Shown: positions 19,489 to 32,123 of the stretch, in pieces
How positions within the stretch are numbered: the stretch's first letter is position 1
Layout: each line of letters opens with the position of its first letter
Origin: Raillietiella orientalis
Taxonomy: Eukaryota
Assembly: GCA_036172245.1 (NCBI GenBank)
Contig: JAYWIR010000060.1
Location: 620,001 to 665,423, forward strand
Reading direction: 5' to 3'
DNA: 45,423 bases
The notes under the pieces: model-generated
Seen by the model: only the letters and a program-made list of their open reading frames with translations
What the model was told of the DNA's origin: nothing
Databases searched by the model: none
Program-made: the position numbers and the translations under genes

Positions 19489-22400
19489 GACGCTCCGGAA
19501 TCTCCAGAACAGGGACCTTTTTAAGGAATTGGTCCGGGAGTTCTGTGAGCAGTTCCCCCTGGATCGCCTGCCCCCGGATTCGGCAAGGGTCCTCGCAAAC
19601 ATCGGGCCTATTTACAGGCCCCTAGGTACGAGCGAACCCCTAATGTCCATCGCCTGGCCGAGTACCGCGCAGGGGCCGAACGCCAAGCCTGGCAATCCGG
19701 GTTGCCCAGCCTGCTGGACGACCAGGGCCGGGAATGTTCGTCCCCGGCGTCGGTACGGCATCTCGTGCGGAGTTATTATTCCTCCCTTTACGCCAGGGCG
19801 CCTCCAAATCAAGATGCCTCTCGGCTCTTGCTTCCTGATGGTGCCGCGGAAATAGGGGAGGAGGAGTCGTTAAGCCTCGATAAGCCTTTTACCACCGGCG
19901 AAATTCTCGCCGGTATCAAAAGGCTCAAGAGGCGGAAAGCTTCAGGTGAAGACGGCTTGCCCACGGAGTTCTATCAGAGCTTCGCGGTAGAGCTAGCATC
20001 CCTGCTGCTTCAGCTGACAAGGCTGATCCGAGACGAAGGCGATGTTCCCGCCTCGTTTCGGTCAGCCAGAGTGAGGCTCCTTCCGAAAGGGGGAGACCTT
20101 CGAAATTTGAACAACTGCCGTCCGATCACGATTGTGAATACGGACGCCAAGTTGGTTGCTGGGCTATGGGCTTCGCGTCTGGGGCAGGTAGCAGAATCCA
20201 TGCTTAGCCCGGAGCAGACATATGCTGTTCCCGGGCGAAGTATGGATGCCAACCTCTTCTTCGCGAGCACATGGATGCACGCGCAGAGGTGTCAAAAGGA
20301 AGGGAAAGGAAAAATCGGCAACCCCACTTTGGGGCCGCCAGCAGGGCAGGGAATCGACTCCCGGGCGGGGAAGGGGTCCTTAGCGCTCGCAGTCGAACCC
20401 CATAAGGCGTTCGACTGTGTTGACGAGGCGCTTTTGTTGGAGCTCTTGGGTCGCATGGGCTTCCCACCCTCCTTGATTACCTACCTGCGCTCTTGCTGGC
20501 GGAATGCGATTATCTCCGTCTCTTTCAGTAGCCAGAAGGTGTATGGCGTGCCGAAGCGGCGAAGCATCAGGCAAGGAGATAGCCTCAGCCCCCTGCTCTT
20601 CAACACCTACTTTGAGTTGGTGCTGAGAGCCTACAGGGTGACTTTGGCCTCCTTGCCGAGCTCGTGTCCCGGCACGCCCGCCGTAGCAGCGTACGCCGAC
20701 GATCTTCTGCTTTTGTTGCCAATGTCCACCCGGCGAAGGCGGTCGGAGACTTCTTCGATTTGCTCAGCCGTGGGACGGGACTGCAGGTCAACAGGGCGAA
20801 GTCGTCGGTGGTGCCAGAAGGTGCGGTGTGGGCGGGGCAGCAGGACTAGATCCGTCTGGCGATCCCGACGGCTAGGTGCCTCAAGTACCTTGGTATGCCG
20901 TTAAGTGACTACTCCCCTGCGGAGGCGTGGTCCAGCTGTCTTCAAAAAGTTAACACAACGATCGGCCCGTTCCTGGAAGGCAAGTTTCACTTGCCGGAAC
21001 GGGCCGCGGTTTGGAACGCTTTTGCGGCCCCCATCCTCCGCTTCTTGCTTTTTGTTTGCCCCGCTCCCAGAGAATGCAAAAAGAGGACAAAGTACCTCTT
21101 CCGCATAGCCCTTTGGGGCAAGGGGAGGCCCCGAGTCCCTCTGAAGGACTTGTGCGCTCCGCGTGGGGACGGCGGCCTTGGCCTCCTGACGCTGGAGCGC
21201 GTGGAAATCCAGCTGCGGTGGCGAACCCTCGCCATCGCAGCGAAGATGTGGAGCACCCCTTGCTGCGTTCCGGCCCGCCTCCTCGCCGGGCGTGTGTCCC
21301 GATGCGAAGAACTCGCGTCGTTTCTTCTGTGCCCTGCCCGGAAGATCCGAAGATGCGGCCGTATGCGCGGACGCATAGCAACCCTGGCGAAGACGAACGG
21401 TTGGATGGTTTGTGGCCCCGCCAACTCCTTCGCCTGGTTCGAGGAGTCTGCTGGCACATGGGCTAAGCAGAACCGGAGGAGTGAAAACCATATGAACTGC
21501 CTGCGAATCGGCCCATACGCCAACCGCACCCTGCGGGAAATACTGGAATTTCCCCGGAGTCGCAGGTGGGCGTTGACGACCATCCTTGCTACGGCGATGC
21601 CCTACCTGCTGAGGGCGCTTCAGGATCGCCAGAAGCCGACGTGGAAAGTCACCTGCCAAATCGCAGGCAGGGAGAAGATGTGAAGCGGCTGGACCACAGG
21701 AGAACTGGCGGACGCCACGACCCCGAGCGTCCTGCCGCGTAGATTAATGAGATGGGGCGAGCTGCTAGCCATCCTTACGGATGTGCTGAAGTGGCCTTCG
21801 GTACTGAAGGAATCCAGGATCCTGCCCCTTAAATGGCAAGAGTTGGCGTTGCTACTGCTGCACTGAGGTTTACCCAGCAACGCACGCCGCTTCCACTGGA
21901 CAAGGGGAGCTGTGGATCCTGAGTGTGTCAGGTGCGGAGAGCAAGAATCGCTCTCTCACCTTATTGTGGACTTTGCTGCCATCCGACCCCTCTGGGAACG
22001 GTTCGGGGCGACCCTCGGGCTTCCTACGTGCAGCACCCCCAGAGACGTTCTTCGGCCCCTGTTCGTGAAGGACGCACTGCAGCCAGCCGCAGCCATCGCA
22101 GCTTTGTGCTGCGTCCGTCGCATCGTGGCGGCATGGAGCGACGCCAACTACGAAGGAGTGGGTCCACCCGCGAGGGATGACATCCCATACGCCCAACGCT
22201 TCATGCGGAGATCTGCCGGATGGCCCAACTGGGGAATATACGGACGGACCTCGAGGGCTTCCTTCAACGGATGGGCCCTCCTCACAGCGTTTAGTGATCC
22301 CTTCCCTGCCTTCCAACTTCTTTTTGTCTGTTTATTTTTTTTATTTTTCTTTTTGTGTTATCCCCATCCCCCTTCGCTGCTGAGCAAAGCTACGCTAGGC

Positions 22401-22507
22401 TGCGTCCCAGCGTCCTGGCGGGTCCAGTGTATATGGCCGTGAGCAGGGCCTTGTACCGCGGATCTAGAGTTTTACCAATAGACGCCCCGGGCGTACCCGG
22501 GTGTAAA
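19489..22507 (+). mobile_element. Family A' element, copy 1: linker, RT, zinc finger and 3' UTR (degenerate); host of B1/B2
   Basis: Frameshifted ORF2 pieces 19702..20904, 20895..21683 and 21912..; YADD; ends ...ccgggcgtacccgggtgtaaa. Confidence 0.88.
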
Positions 22508-22520
22508 CCTCCAGGCCAGA

Positions 22521-23929
22521 TGGAGGACGTGTTTTTCCTTCACTCCTCAAAGGGTAGTATGAAAGCGCTTTCTTGTGTGTGGTGTTTTGTGTACATCGTC
22601 GGTGTCCAATGGCCACGAGGCCAGAGGACACAGCGATGGAGGTGGGAGTGGGGCAGGCTAGTTCGCCCCCACAGCCTACTGGGGCAGGGCAGCCGCCCCG
22701 GAATCATCTCCGGACACGCCGAGGACATGGAGCGCCATGGTGGTCGCGCTCAGCGCAGAAACCATGGGGGAGATGGCTGCATACAAGGCCTCCGGGTACA
22801 AGCCATCGCTTGTCTACCAGGTAGGCAACTTGTTCGACGGCCGGACAACGCGCGGCTTCAGCAAAGCGTTGAAGGACGCGAATGTTACAGAGAAGGATCT
22901 GGACCGCCACTCCGTCCTCAGCGGCAGGCAGCGGGTGGAAGTGGTCTGCAAGGATGTCACCTTGGCTCACCGCCTAATCCTTGCGCCGCTGAACTTAGAC
23001 GGCCGCAAGATCCTGCCAGTGTCAATGGACCGCTCCGTGGTGGTCCACATGACTGGCATTACCAGCCGCATGACGTGGTCAGCGGTTGGTGAAGAACTGC
23101 GAAAGTACGGTGAGGTGCACGCACTGTGGCCGAAACCCTCCATTTTCGACGGCTTGGATAGCCTTTTTGGTGGTCAGGCTGCTGCGAGGGTCACCGTAAA
23201 GGAGAATTGTGGGCTTCCCCACAAACTACAGGTGGCGCAAGAAAATGTCGACCTGTGGTATGTAGGGAAGCCCCGGTATTGCGGGCATTGTGATACCTTG
23301 GACACCTACGTAAAAGGTGTCCCAATATACAATGCCATTTGTGCGGAGAGCGGGGCCACGATCGGCGCGTGTGCCCCAAACGCCCCACCCCGGTTCCCCC
23401 TGCCGCAAAAAAAGCGCAGGGGAAACGTGCTTCAAAGGTCTCTAGACCTAAAGTAAAAAAGGGCAAGCACAAGCTGCCAAGACCTCAACCTCCGGCGCGT
23501 AAGCCGGAGGATAAACCTTCGGAAACGGTGGAAGGCGAAGAGGGATGGCAGCTTGTAGAGGCCAGAAAACCAAGGAAACTCCCACCCGCGAAGAGCAAAG
23601 AGCGCAAGACGGCCAATTAGTTGAAAAAACCCGGTCCGCGCTCGAAAACTCTGCGCGAGTGCAGGGTGGCACTGGAACGAATCGTCGTTCCCGAGGTTGC
23701 CACCCGGAGCGACGATCCTCCCCTCGCCGTTTTTGCTGCGCCCGAGGCTCGCGACGGCGAACCGTCTGTTTACATAGAGGGTGAGCCGCGCAACATAGCG
23801 GCGGTCGAAGCCGTGGACGCCGCGTTCGCGCAGGCGGCGGAGGAGCTCGCGGTCACGCTGGCCGAGCGTGAGAACCCCTCGCGCAAGAACGTGCGAAGGC
23901 CGGCTCCGGCGAAGAAGGCCCCCACAGGT
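22521..23929 (+). mobile_element. A-like element 5' portion (5' UTR and frameshifted ORF1, ATG at 22609), cut by D1
   Basis: GGACGTGTTTTT at 22525; YKPSLVY..., knuckle remnants CGHCD and CGERGHDRRVC; breaks at KKAPTG. Confidence 0.88.
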
Positions 23930-26890
23930 TTTTCACCCGGGTAAGCCGGGACTTTTATTACTAAAATTTTGATATTACAAAATTTTGTAACAAAGTCTAT
24001 GTTGTTAAAATTTTTCTTTTTACGTCGTCAGAAGTTCAGTTCAGAAGTTCAGTAGCACTTGTCCTTACCGACCCGGAGGCCGATAAGGTCCTTCACTGGC
24101 GCCGGGACGGGAAAAACAAAAGAAAACAAAAACAAAAAAAGAAAAACGTCTGGAGGGCAATGTTTCTTGGGTAGGGGGAGGGAGGGAGGGGATCACGGTG
24201 CGCCGTGAGCAGGCCTTTGTATCCGGTTTCGGATGCGAACAAGTGCCGGCAAATGTTTTTGAATTCGGCGCCAACGGCACGCTTTCTCCAAGGAGATCGC
24301 TGCCAAGTGGTTGGCATTCCGGCTGGTCCTTCCTCTCCTAGACGCGGTCCACTACTTCAGGGTACCGCGTATGCAGCAGAGCACTGCTACGCTCCCGGAA
24401 GCTGGCAAGCCGTCTCGCGTCAGGAGGCGTCTAAATAAATTTTTCGGGTCACCCCCCGCAATGTTGAGGATCGACGAGAGTCTGTCCCACATTTCGCGGA
24501 GGGCAACACACTCCAGAATCAAGTGAGGGAAGGTCTCCCTTTCCCCGCACTCTGCACAACTAGCATCCACATTCCCCGATGTCCAGCGAGAGAGGCGTGC
24601 TCTGCTTAAAAGTCCCCAGTGGAGCACAAGCAACGCCGTCTCCTGCCACTGCAGGGGAAGGGTACCGTTGTCCCATGACGCTGGGGGCCACTTCACCTCC
24701 TCCGGAGGTATACCGAGCAGCGCGCATCAGCGTAAAAGTCCGTTCGGCGGGACACTCGGGGTACTAGCGTCCGCCAGTTCCCTCGGCGTCCACGCCTTCA
24801 GTGATTTTTTCCTGCCTCCGATGGGGCAGGACACTTCCCACGATGCCTGTTGGTGGCTGTCTCGTACTTCCCTGAGGGAGGGCAGCACTGGGGCAAGGGG
24901 GATGAAGGAAGCCCACAGAAGTTTCCGTGGGTTGGAAACGATCTCCTGAAGTGGCTGACCAGCGTGCCTCCCTCTGCGGAGGCAGGAGAAGTCCTCATCG
25001 CTGGTGCCCTTGATCTTCGCCCATGCGGATACAGACTCCTGAAGCCAGGTAGTCCAGTCCGCTGGGATGCAGGAGATCTAAGGGTTGTCTCTCATCAGGG
25101 CAACCAAGTCCCGCAGCTGATAACCACAATGGTTCAGGCTGCGTTCGTTGGCTACCAGGATTGAAGTCAATCCGAAGCAGCCTGTTGCCCTGTGAGCAAG
25201 GAGTCTTGCCAGTGCACACCATGGTGCTGTCCAAAACTTTGCCACAAGGGCAAGTTTTCTGAATTGGAGCTGTTGCTCCATGCGCTCCAACGTCAGGAGA
25301 CCAAGTCCACCGTCCCTGCGTGGAGCGCACGTCTTTGAGCCGGACGCGGGGCCTCCGGTTGCCCCAGAGGGCTTTCCGTATAAGGCCCCTAGTCCGTGTC
25401 CTAATTTGGTAAGGGATAGGGCACACAAAAATTAGGGGGCGAAGGAGGGGGGCCGCGAAAGCGTTCCATACCGTGGCCCGTTCCTGCAAGTGGAACTTGC
25501 CTTTCCGGAACGGGCCGATAGCCAGCTCCACCTTTTGTAGACGGTCGGACCAAGCTTCTGCAGAGCAGAAGTCCCCCAACGGAACGCCAAGGTACTTGAT
25601 GTACCTGCCCGTGGGGATCCCCAAGCGGTTCCAGTCCGACCGTCCGGTCCTCGTTGAGTCGGTGAAAAGCAACGACGATTTCGTCCTGTTTACCTGGAGG
25701 CCTGTCCCACGGTATAGCAACTCCAAGAAATCCTCGAGCGCCGATGCCGGGGTGGACCCGGGAAGCAGGAGCAGAAGATCGTCGGCATAGGCCGACACGG
25801 CAGACGTGCCGGGACACGAGCTCGGCAGGGTTGCCAAAGTCTCCCTGTATGCTCTCAGCACCAACTCAAAGTAGATGCTGAAGAGCAGGGGGCTGAGGCT
25901 GTCACCCTGCCGGATGCCACGACGAACCGGCACGCTGAACACGTGCCGGCCGCTGAAATTAATATTGATGTACGCGAAGCGCCAGCAGGAGCGCAGGTAG
26001 GCCAGGAACACGGCCGGAAATCCCAAGCGTTCCAGGAGCTCCAGCAGGAGATACTGGTCGACGCAGTCGAAAGCTTTACGCAAATCGACTGCGACCGCAA
26101 GGGCTCCAGGCTCCGCATCTTCTTCCCGGCTTCCCTCCCCCCTGTCAATGGAGAGTCCAGGACTTTCCCGACGTAGCTGCGCCTCGCGTTGTTGCAACTG
26201 CCAGAATGTGCTGGCGAGGAACAGGTTGGCCTCCATGGTTCGTCCGGGAACAGCGTATGTCTGTTCCGGACTGACCACGGAGTCCGCTACCCGTCCCAGG
26301 CGCTCAGCCCACAGTTTGGCGAGCAACTTTGCGTCCGCATTCACTACAGTGATGGGACGCCAGTTGCCAACGTTGCGCAAGTCTCCTCCCTTAGGAAGGA
26401 GACGTACTCTAGCTGACCGGAACGAGTTGGGTACATCCCCACGTTCACGGATCAGCATACATAGTTTTAGCACCAGAGGGGCCAGCTCTGCCACGAAGTG
26501 TTAGTAGAATTCAGCTGGCAGGCCGTCTTCCCCTGGTGCTTTGTTTTTTCTTAATTTAGTGATGGCGGAGATTATCTCCGCCATCGTGAACTCATGAAGG
26601 AAGATGTTTATTTCTTCCTCTCTCAACGCGAGAGCACCCTCTGGCAGTAGGCGCTGCGCAAAGGAGCACTCTGGTGGTCTCAGCGCGTAAAGGGAGGAAT
26701 AGTAATCCCGCAGAATGCGGCAAACCTGCGCTGGAGATGAGTGCTCCTGGCCTTCCTCGTCCAGCAAGCAGGCAGACCCGGATTGCCAGGCCTGCCTCTC
26801 CGCTCCAGCCTTGATTTCCGCCAGGCGACGGACGTCGGGCTCGTTGGAAAAACGACGGGCCTGGAGATAGTTCCTGTCGTTCCTAGGAGA
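23930..26890 (-). mobile_element. Family D element, copy D1: linker, RT, zinc finger and 3' UTR (degenerate)
   Basis: ORF 24995..26494 with SAYADD; CAECGERETFPHLILEC; 3' end aataaaagtcccggcttacccgggtgaaaa. Confidence 0.88.
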
Positions 26891-27702
26891 GTTGACAGAT
26901 GCAACGACCCCTAGTCTCCAACCGCGTGGATTAAGAAGATGAGGCGAGCTGCTCGGCATTCGATTGGATGACCTGAAGTGGCCCCCGGTTCTACTTGGAT
27001 CCAGGATTCTTCCCCTGAAGTGGCAAGAATCGGCGCTTCTGTGGCTGCATTGGGGTCTACCCTGCAACGCGCGCCGCTTCCACTGGACGCGGGGAAGAGT
27101 AAATCCTGCGTGTGCCAAGTGCGGGGAGCGGGAGTCGCTCCCCCACCTCTTAGTTGAATGCCCTGCCGTCCGGATTCTTTGGGAACGTCTTCAAACGGCT
27201 CTCGGGATGCCGGATGCTGGCAATGGTGGATGTATCTTCAGTCTTGTCTTCGTGCGGGACGCCCTCAGTCCAGCTGCAGCCCTGGCAGCACTTTGCTTCA
27301 TTCGTGGTATAGTGGCGGCCTGGAGTGATGCCGAAGATGAAGACTGCATCGTGAGGGATGTCATCGAGTATGCTTCTCGCTTCCTGCAGAGAGCTACCCG
27401 ATGGACCCATCTAGGAAGGATGAAAAAGGAACTAGAAGGCATCCTGCAAAGGATGGGCCCTCCCAGCAGTTTTCTGTGATCCCTTTCGGCCCTCCAAACT
27501 TTTTTTTGTGGTTTGTTTTTCTTTGTTATTTTATTTTTGTGTTCTCCCCCATCCCCCTCTACTGCTGAGGAGAGCCACACCGAGCTGCGTCTTGGTGTCC
27601 CGGCAGTTCCGGTATTGCGTGGCCGTCAGTGGGGCCTTGTACCACGTTCTGTATTGACCGTTGAAATGTTTTTAATAAACGTCCCGGCGTATCCGGGTGG
27701 CA
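26886..27702 (+). mobile_element. Family A element, copy A2, heavily 5'-truncated (ORF2 C-terminus and 3' UTR)
   Basis: Near-identical to about 40020-40839. Inserted at D1 GFGD|SPRN with a 5-bp ggaga microhomology at the 5' junction and no clear TSD. Confidence 0.9.
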
Positions 27703-28213
27703 TCGCCGAAACCTGGAGGAACTTGATGGAGGGGAAACTGGTCACAGAACTCTCGGACTGAGCGTTTTATTTTGTCCTAGTCAGCGAGAGTCTGCAGTTC
27801 GCAACTACGCAGGAATGGGCGCAGATGTTCGCGCGCTCCTGCGAGTCGCAACCAGTCCCCCGGCAGGCGCCACGCTTTGGAGGGTGGACCTCTGTCGCGC
27901 GGATGAATGTTAATCACTAGCCGAGGATGATCGGACAGCTCCGACGCAATTGCTCCTCGAGTCCCCACCCGCGTACACAAGTGGTTATCGAGAAACACGT
28001 GGTCGATTCTGCTTCTCGCCCTGGCTTCATCGGCCAACAAGTTGCGTGTGTGCATAGCCGCACACAACTCGTTGACCAATTGTGCTCGTATGTCGGGCGC
28101 TTCCGACAGCAGGCGGACGTTGAAGTCTCCCGCTATCAGATGCGCCCGCCGCACGCCTGCTTCGGCCAGCCAGTCTCGCCGCAGGGCTTCGAAGAACGCA
28201 GTGCTTTCTTCGA
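27702..28213 (-). mobile_element. D1 continued: APE C-terminal part, 5'-truncated
   Basis: AFFEALRRDW...GDFN...IDH...SDH...FPLHQVPPGFGD joins in frame to 26890. Confidence 0.85.
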
Positions 28214-28936
28214 AGGGCACAGGTGCTCGTCTTAAGACACGTGGTCAATGCTGCCTACCATCCCCGGTGCACTGGTCAACAAATTACAGGTGTGGAACGC
28301 CATGCACACGTCGTTGACCAGGTCACGCCCGGGATTCTACCCATCTGGTTTCAGGAGAACTTCGAAATCGCCTGCAACCAGATGGGCATTTCGCACGCGT
28401 GTCTCGGTCAACCAGTCGCGATGGAGGGCAAGGAAAATTTCTTTCCTAGCCCTCCTGTTCGTCAGGTCCGCTCTGCTCGGGTCGTAAACGTTCGTGACGA
28501 TCAAGTCGATCGAGTCGAACCACCTGAGAGTAAGCTGGACGACACGACCGTGATCGTCGAACCGCACGCCCCAAGTTGCGGCCTCGACGTCTGGCCGAAG
28601 CAGGTAGGAGACACCGCAAGTTTTCGGTCTCCCACACCTGTACCACAGCCGCCCATCGGAGATGCGTTGGATCTCTTGCGCTTGTTCTGCAGAGATCACG
28701 TGGATCTCTTGCAGTAGCGCAAGGTCGTACGACTGCAGAAGGGCGGCCATGTCTCGTCTCCGAAGGCGTCTGTTAAGCCGTTCACGTACCAAACGGCGAT
28801 GCGCAGGCGGAGGCGGTAGGAGATTCCTGGCATTTCTGCTGGGAACATTAAGGTGTTTGGAAGCCCGCCTCTTGCGAGGCGGGCAGGATGTCCATGGTGA
28901 TTTCGGCCTTCTCAGGCACCTAAGACACCTGATCGG
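28214..28936 (-). mobile_element. Family E-like fragment: ORF1 C-terminus and APE
   Basis: DMAALLQSYDLALLQEIH...RLWYRCGRPK matches the E host at 1-81 and from 2357. Confidence 0.82.
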
Positions 28937-31202
28937 CGAAGTATAGATGCCAACCTCTTCTTCGCGAGCACATGCATGCACGCGAAGAGGTATCAGAAGG
29001 ATGAGAAAGGAAAAATCGGCAACCCCACTTTGGAACCGCCAGCAGGGCAGGGAATGAACTCCCGGGCGGGGAAGGAGGCTTTAGCGCTCGCAGTCGATCT
29101 CCATAAGGCGTTCGACTGTTTTGACCAGGAGCTTTTGTAGCAGCTTCTGATTCGCATGGGCTTCCCACCCTCCTTGATCACCTTCTAGGGCTCTTGCTGG
29201 CGCAATGCGATTGTCTGCATCTTTTTCAGTAGTCAGAAGGTGTATGGCGTGCCGGTGCGGCGGGGCATCAGGCAGGGAGATCGCCTGAGTCCCCTGCTCT
29301 CCAGCACCTACTTTGAGTTGGTGCTGAGAGCCTACAGGGTGACTTTGGCCCCCTTGCCGAACTCGAGCCCCGGCACGCCCGCCGTAGGAGCCTATGCCGA
29401 TTTCCTTCGGCTTCTGTTACGTATGTCCACCCCGGCGAAGGCGGTCGGAGACTTCTTCCATCTGCTCACCCGTGGGACCTGACTGCAGGTCAACAGGGCG
29501 AAGTGGTCGGTGGTGCCAGTAGGTGCAACGTGGGGAGGACAGCAGGACTATGTCCGTCTGGGGATCCTCACGACGAGGTGCCTCAAGTACCTAGGTGTGC
29601 CGTTGGGGGACTACTCCTCTGGGTAGCGTGGTCCAGCTGCCTTCAAAAAGTTGAGACGGCGATCGGCCCGTTCCTGGAAGTCAAGTTTCACTTGCCGGAA
29701 CGGGCCGCGGTTTGAAACGCTTTTGCGTCCCTCTTCCTCCGCTTCTTGCTTTTTGTTTGTCCCGCCCCCAGAGAATGCAAAAAGAGGACGAAAGACCTCC
29801 TACGTGTCGCCCTTTGGGGCGAGGGAGGCCCTGAGTCCCTCTGAGGGACTTTTGCGCTCCACGTCGGGACGGCGGTCTTGGCCTCCTGACGCTGGAGCGC
29901 GTGGAAATACAGCTGCGGTGGCGAACTTTCGCCATCGCAGCGAAGATGTGGAGCACCCCTTGGTGCGTGACGGCCCGCCTCCTCGCCAGGCGTGTGTCCC
30001 GATGCGAAGGACTCGCGTCGTTTCTTCTGTGCCCTGGGCGGAAGATCCGAAGATGCGGCCTTGTGCTCGGACGCATAGCAACCCTGGCGATGACAAACGG
30101 TTGGATGGTTTGTGGCTCCGCCAACTCCTCCGCCTGGTTGGAGGAGACTGCTGGAACATGGGCCAAGCAGAACCGGAGGAGTGAAGACAACATGAACTGC
30201 CTGCGAATCGGCCCATACGCCAACCGCACCCTGCGGGAAATACTGGAATTTCCTCGGAGTCGCAGGTGGGCGTTGACGACCCCCCTTGCTACGGCAATGC
30301 CCTACCTCCTGAGGGCGCTTCAGGATCGCCAGAAGCCGAGGTGGAAAGTCACCTGCCAGATCGCAGGCAGGGAGAAGACGTTAAGCGGCTGGACCACAGG
30401 AGAACTGGCGGATGCCATGACCCCGAGCGTCCAGCCGCGTGGATTGATGAGATGGGGCGAGGTGCTCGCTATCCCTACATATGTGCTGCAGTGGCCCCCG
30501 GTACTCAAGAAATCCAGCCCCTTAAGTGGCAAGAGTCGGCGTTGCTACTGCGGCACTGGGGTTTACCCTGCAACGCACGCCGCTTCCACTAGACAAGGGG
30601 AGCTGTGGATCCTGAGTGTGTCTGGTGCCGACAGCGGGAATCGCTCTCCCACCTTATTGTGGACTTTGCTGCCTTCCGTCCCCTTTGGGAACGGTTTGGG
30701 ACGATCCTCGGTCTCCCAACGGGCAGTTCCCCTAGAGACGTTCTTCGGCCCCTCTTCGTGAAGAACGCACTGCAGCCAGCCGCAGCCATCGCAGCTTTGT
30801 GCTGCGTCCGTGGCATCGTGGCGGCATGGAGCGGCGCCAACAACGAAGGAGTGGGTCCAAACGCGAGGGATGTCATCCCATACGACCAACGCTTCATGCG
30901 GAGAGCTGTTGGATGGCCCCAACTGGGGAATATACGGACGGACCTCAAGGGCTTCCTTCAACGGATGGGCCCTCCTCAAAGCGTTTAGTGATCCCTTCCC
31001 CGCCCTTCAGCTTCTTTTTGTCTGTTTGTTTTTTGTTTTTATTTTTGTTTTATTCCCATCCCCCTTCGCTGCTTAGAAAGGCTACGCTGGGCTGCGTCCC
31101 GGCGTGCCGGCAGGTCCAGTATATATGGCCGTGAGCGGGGCCTTGTACCGCGGTTGTAGAGTTTTTTTAAAAAGAAACGTTCCGGGCGTACCGGTGTGTA
31201 AA
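28935..31202 (+). mobile_element. Family A' element, copy 2: RT to 3' end, heavily mutated
   Basis: Colinear with about 20233-22507; YADF variant; ends ...ccgggcgtaccggtgtgtaaa. Confidence 0.88.
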
Positions 31203-31770
31203 CCCCCAAGGCTGGCAAGAAGGCCGTAAGGCGTCCGGCATCCCCTCAGGAGTTGGCCACTTCCGACCCCAAGGTGAAGGCCGAAAACACAGCATCCATC
31301 TCCGCGGCACCCCGCAAAAAGGCAGGACGAAAGTCCACAATGCCCGGAAGATCGTCTCCCCCTACGAAGGGGAAGAGATGCCTTCCGGTAGCGAGGGTGC
31401 CATGAGCGTAGGAAACTCCCTGGACCCGTCACCCGAGAGAATTCTACGCTTGGACACGGAGAGGATGGTAAGGATGGAGGCCGAACAGGTACCCCAGGTG
31501 CCTGAAGAGGCCTTCGTCCTCGTTCCGATGGTCCTCGTACCGATGGACCTTTCCTACACCTGCCCCGCGGCAGGTGCCCAAACGCAACTTTCCCAGCCAT
31601 AATGCCGGGAATCCCCTCTCGCCGTCGTCTTCTGATCGCCTGTTGCGAACGGAACTGAACGGGCTAAGCGAAGACGGCAAGAGGCGTGACGTGGCCGCCA
31701 CCCTGGCATCCTTCGAGCTGGTGCTGTTGCAGGAGATCCACGTGATCTCCGCAGATCAAGCCCGGGAGAT
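31203..31770 (+). mobile_element. Family B fragment B3: ORF1 C-terminus and APE start, cut by C2
   Basis: PKAGKKAVRRPASPQE...; TAATG at 31600-31604; LLQEIHVISADQAREI, then the junction. Confidence 0.88.
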
Positions 31771-32123
31771 TTCTCACCCGGTGACGCCGGGGCGTTTATT
31801 CCATATAACATAACGAAAAAAAGCAATTATACAAAATAAACCAGTTGGGAACCAAACTCCCAACCGACGACTGAACAAGAATGAAGAGAATATTGCTGGC
31901 ACGCAGGCCAGAGTAACAGTTTCTTGAACGGTGTGGGGGGGTGGGAAACACAAAGAAACCAAAATAAAATAAAAAAAATGAATAAGGAGGACGGGATAAG
32001 GGTCTTTGGGATCGCTCTGGAAGACACGGGGATAAAAGCATGGGCACCGGAAATTTTACCGACCGAACGGGGACGGGGTATGGGTGGGCGAGAGGTCGCA
32101 GGGGTCACCGGATTACGCCGTTC

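Noticed and set aside
24028..24054. Short tandem repeat tcagaagttcag-ttcagaagttcag; also weak repeats at 36175-36330
   Set aside because: A local duplication in a UTR and low-complexity ORF1 sequence. Not a CRISPR array and no evidence of function.
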